DNA of 54,773 nt, taken from the IMG/VR virus record IMGVR_UViG_3300042453_001089, positions 1-54,773 of that record; one strand, written 5' to 3'. Origin of the DNA: a virus (lineage: Duplodnaviria; Caudoviricetes). The position numbers and the translations under genes were made by a program. Shown here one piece after another: positions 53,679 through 54,773 of this stretch. Every line of letters begins with the position of its first letter. Position 1 is the first letter of the stretch. Under the pieces are notes generated by a model. That model made no database searches, was not told the origin of the DNA, and saw only the letters and a program-made list of their open reading frames with translations.

Positions 53679-54419
53679 TTACGCCGTATGTGTTCTGAAA
53701 AGCGGCAACTCTGGTTCTTCACGCTTGGCTGTGATCGGAAACGACACCGGCGCGAAATCCGCAGCCTTTGGATATGGCATCGCTCGCGGCGCTAGCCGGC
53801 GACGCGCCCACGGCGTAAGCGGGAACGCATAGCGAAACTGGCGAAATTCATGCTTAGTCGCACGGTCGCGGCCGGCGGCAAGCCTCGCTGCTTTCGGCCC
53901 GCTCCCCCAGCCGCGATTGTCTTTGGCAGCTCTGCCGAGCAGAGACTTGTGAAACCATTCGCCGTCAAGGAAATAAAACGCAGTGACGTGGCTTCCGAGG
54001 TAGATGAAGTTCGCCGCCTGATACACGGCACCAAGCTTTCCGCACCGCTGGTCGGCAAAGCTCTGTATCACCTGCACCATCGGACGATCAGACTTGATGT
54101 GCCGCATCGCCTGAGCAATCGCCCACGAAACCACGTTGCGTTCGTGTCCGTCGATAAAAGCCATCCGATTCAGTTCAACGAGCCCGCAGGGTTCCAGCCC
54201 CTCAATCACCTTCGCTGTAGCCCGCGGATTCATGGATGGCCCAAACTGCAAAACACCCCAAACAAACGAGAGAGAATCGACTAAGGCCAAGTGCGTATGG
54301 GATGCCCAGACGGCACTGCCGCTGTAGTGCCGCTCGGAAATCCAGCGGTCGGCAAAACGCTTCGTCACTGGTGACAAGGCGTAAAGCCGGGTGCCGATCT
54401 TGGTGTATTTGGTTCGCAT
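53679..54419 (-). CDS. mom: Mu Mom-like adenine modification enzyme (GNAT fold)
   Basis: HYS, GVLQFG..MNP, ELNRM, QSFADQRCG..G.VYQA.NF.Y.GSH..FY.LDGEWFH, H.F.QFRY, PYPK. Confidence 0.9.
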   Translation of the reverse strand: MRTKYTKIGTRLYALSPVTKRFADRWISERHYSGSAVWASHTHLALVDSLSFVWGVLQFGPSMNPRATAKVIEGLEPCGLVELNRMAFIDGHERNVVSWAIAQAMRHIKSDRPMVQVIQSFADQRCGKLGAVYQAANFIYLGSHVTAFYFLDGEWFHKSLLGRAAKDNRGWGSGPKAARLAAGRDRATKHEFRQFRYAFPLTPWARRRLAPRAMPYPKAADFAPVSFPITAKREEPELPLFRTHTA

Positions 54420-54452
54420 TGGTTCGCTCAGTCCGTGCGTTTGCAAACTTGC

Positions 54453-54674
54453 TCAGTGCGTGATGTCCTGCGGGTCCACCGGCTTCCATTCGCCGTCGCA
54501 TTCGATCGCCAGCCAACCCCTGTCGCAGGCCATGACGTGGCCGCTCCAACGCTTGCCGGCAGTGCAGCCTGAGATGAAATCGCCCACTGCGGGTTCGCCT
54601 CTCGACCGGCTGCGCGGCGTCTGGTCGTGGATGCCGGCGATCGCTGCGAGGTACTCGTTGTGCGCTGCGTCCAT
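54453..54674 (-). CDS. Hypothetical protein (73 aa), allele B
   Basis: Homolog of 2267..2488. Confidence 0.8.
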   Translation of the reverse strand: MDAAHNEYLAAIAGIHDQTPRSRSRGEPAVGDFISGCTAGKRWSGHVMACDRGWLAIECDGEWKPVDPQDITH

Positions 54675-54773
54675 GCTGTGTTCCTTTGTTCAGATCGTGA
54701 AGAAGGCCGGGAGGATAAAAATTGGGGGGGGGGGGGTGCAATTCCTTTGCCGTTTGGCACTTGTTTTTCAGTT

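Larger units (their letters stand above)
51431..54772. repeat. Diverged direct duplication, copy B
   Basis: Colinear with 1..2588; ends in the same GCCGTTTGGCACTTGTTTTTCAGT sequence. Confidence 0.95.

Noticed and set aside
1-54773. tRNA/rRNA genes or alternative genetic code
   Set aside because: No cloverleaf seen by eye; genes tile densely under the standard code

Overview
This window is an essentially complete, GC-rich, temperate siphovirus-type (HK97-like) phage genome. Bases 1..51430 close into a circle because 1..127 is identical to 51431..51557. Bases 51558..54773 are a diverged second allele of the first ~2.6 kb, most likely a co-assembled strain variant. Almost all genes are on the minus strand. 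Modules: (i) early/recombination and DNA modification: RecT-like, Mom, a radical-SAM-like/GNAT/methyltransferase fusion, ParB-like, PD-(D/E)XK, Dam-like, replication initiator, LexA-type HTH, sliding clamp, RusA; (ii) secreted proteins, a glycosylation cluster and a putative lysis module containing a papain-like protease but no recognisable muramidase or amidase; (iii) fibre genes, two HNH genes, terminase, portal, protease, capsid, neck, tail (with a -1 frameshift), tape measure and a Cys-rich adhesin; (iv) a plus-strand tyrosine integrase operon. A Planctomycetota/PVC host is inferred from gene content only. Best candidates for novel biology: the three-domain DNA-modification enzyme with a covarying structured RNA leader; a head module carrying a portal-HAD fusion plus two ADP-ribosyltransferase-like cargo proteins with shared ExR motifs; and a GGA-dense, CsrA-sponge-like RNA element kept in both alleles. 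All family assignments come from motif recognition by eye; no database searches were run.
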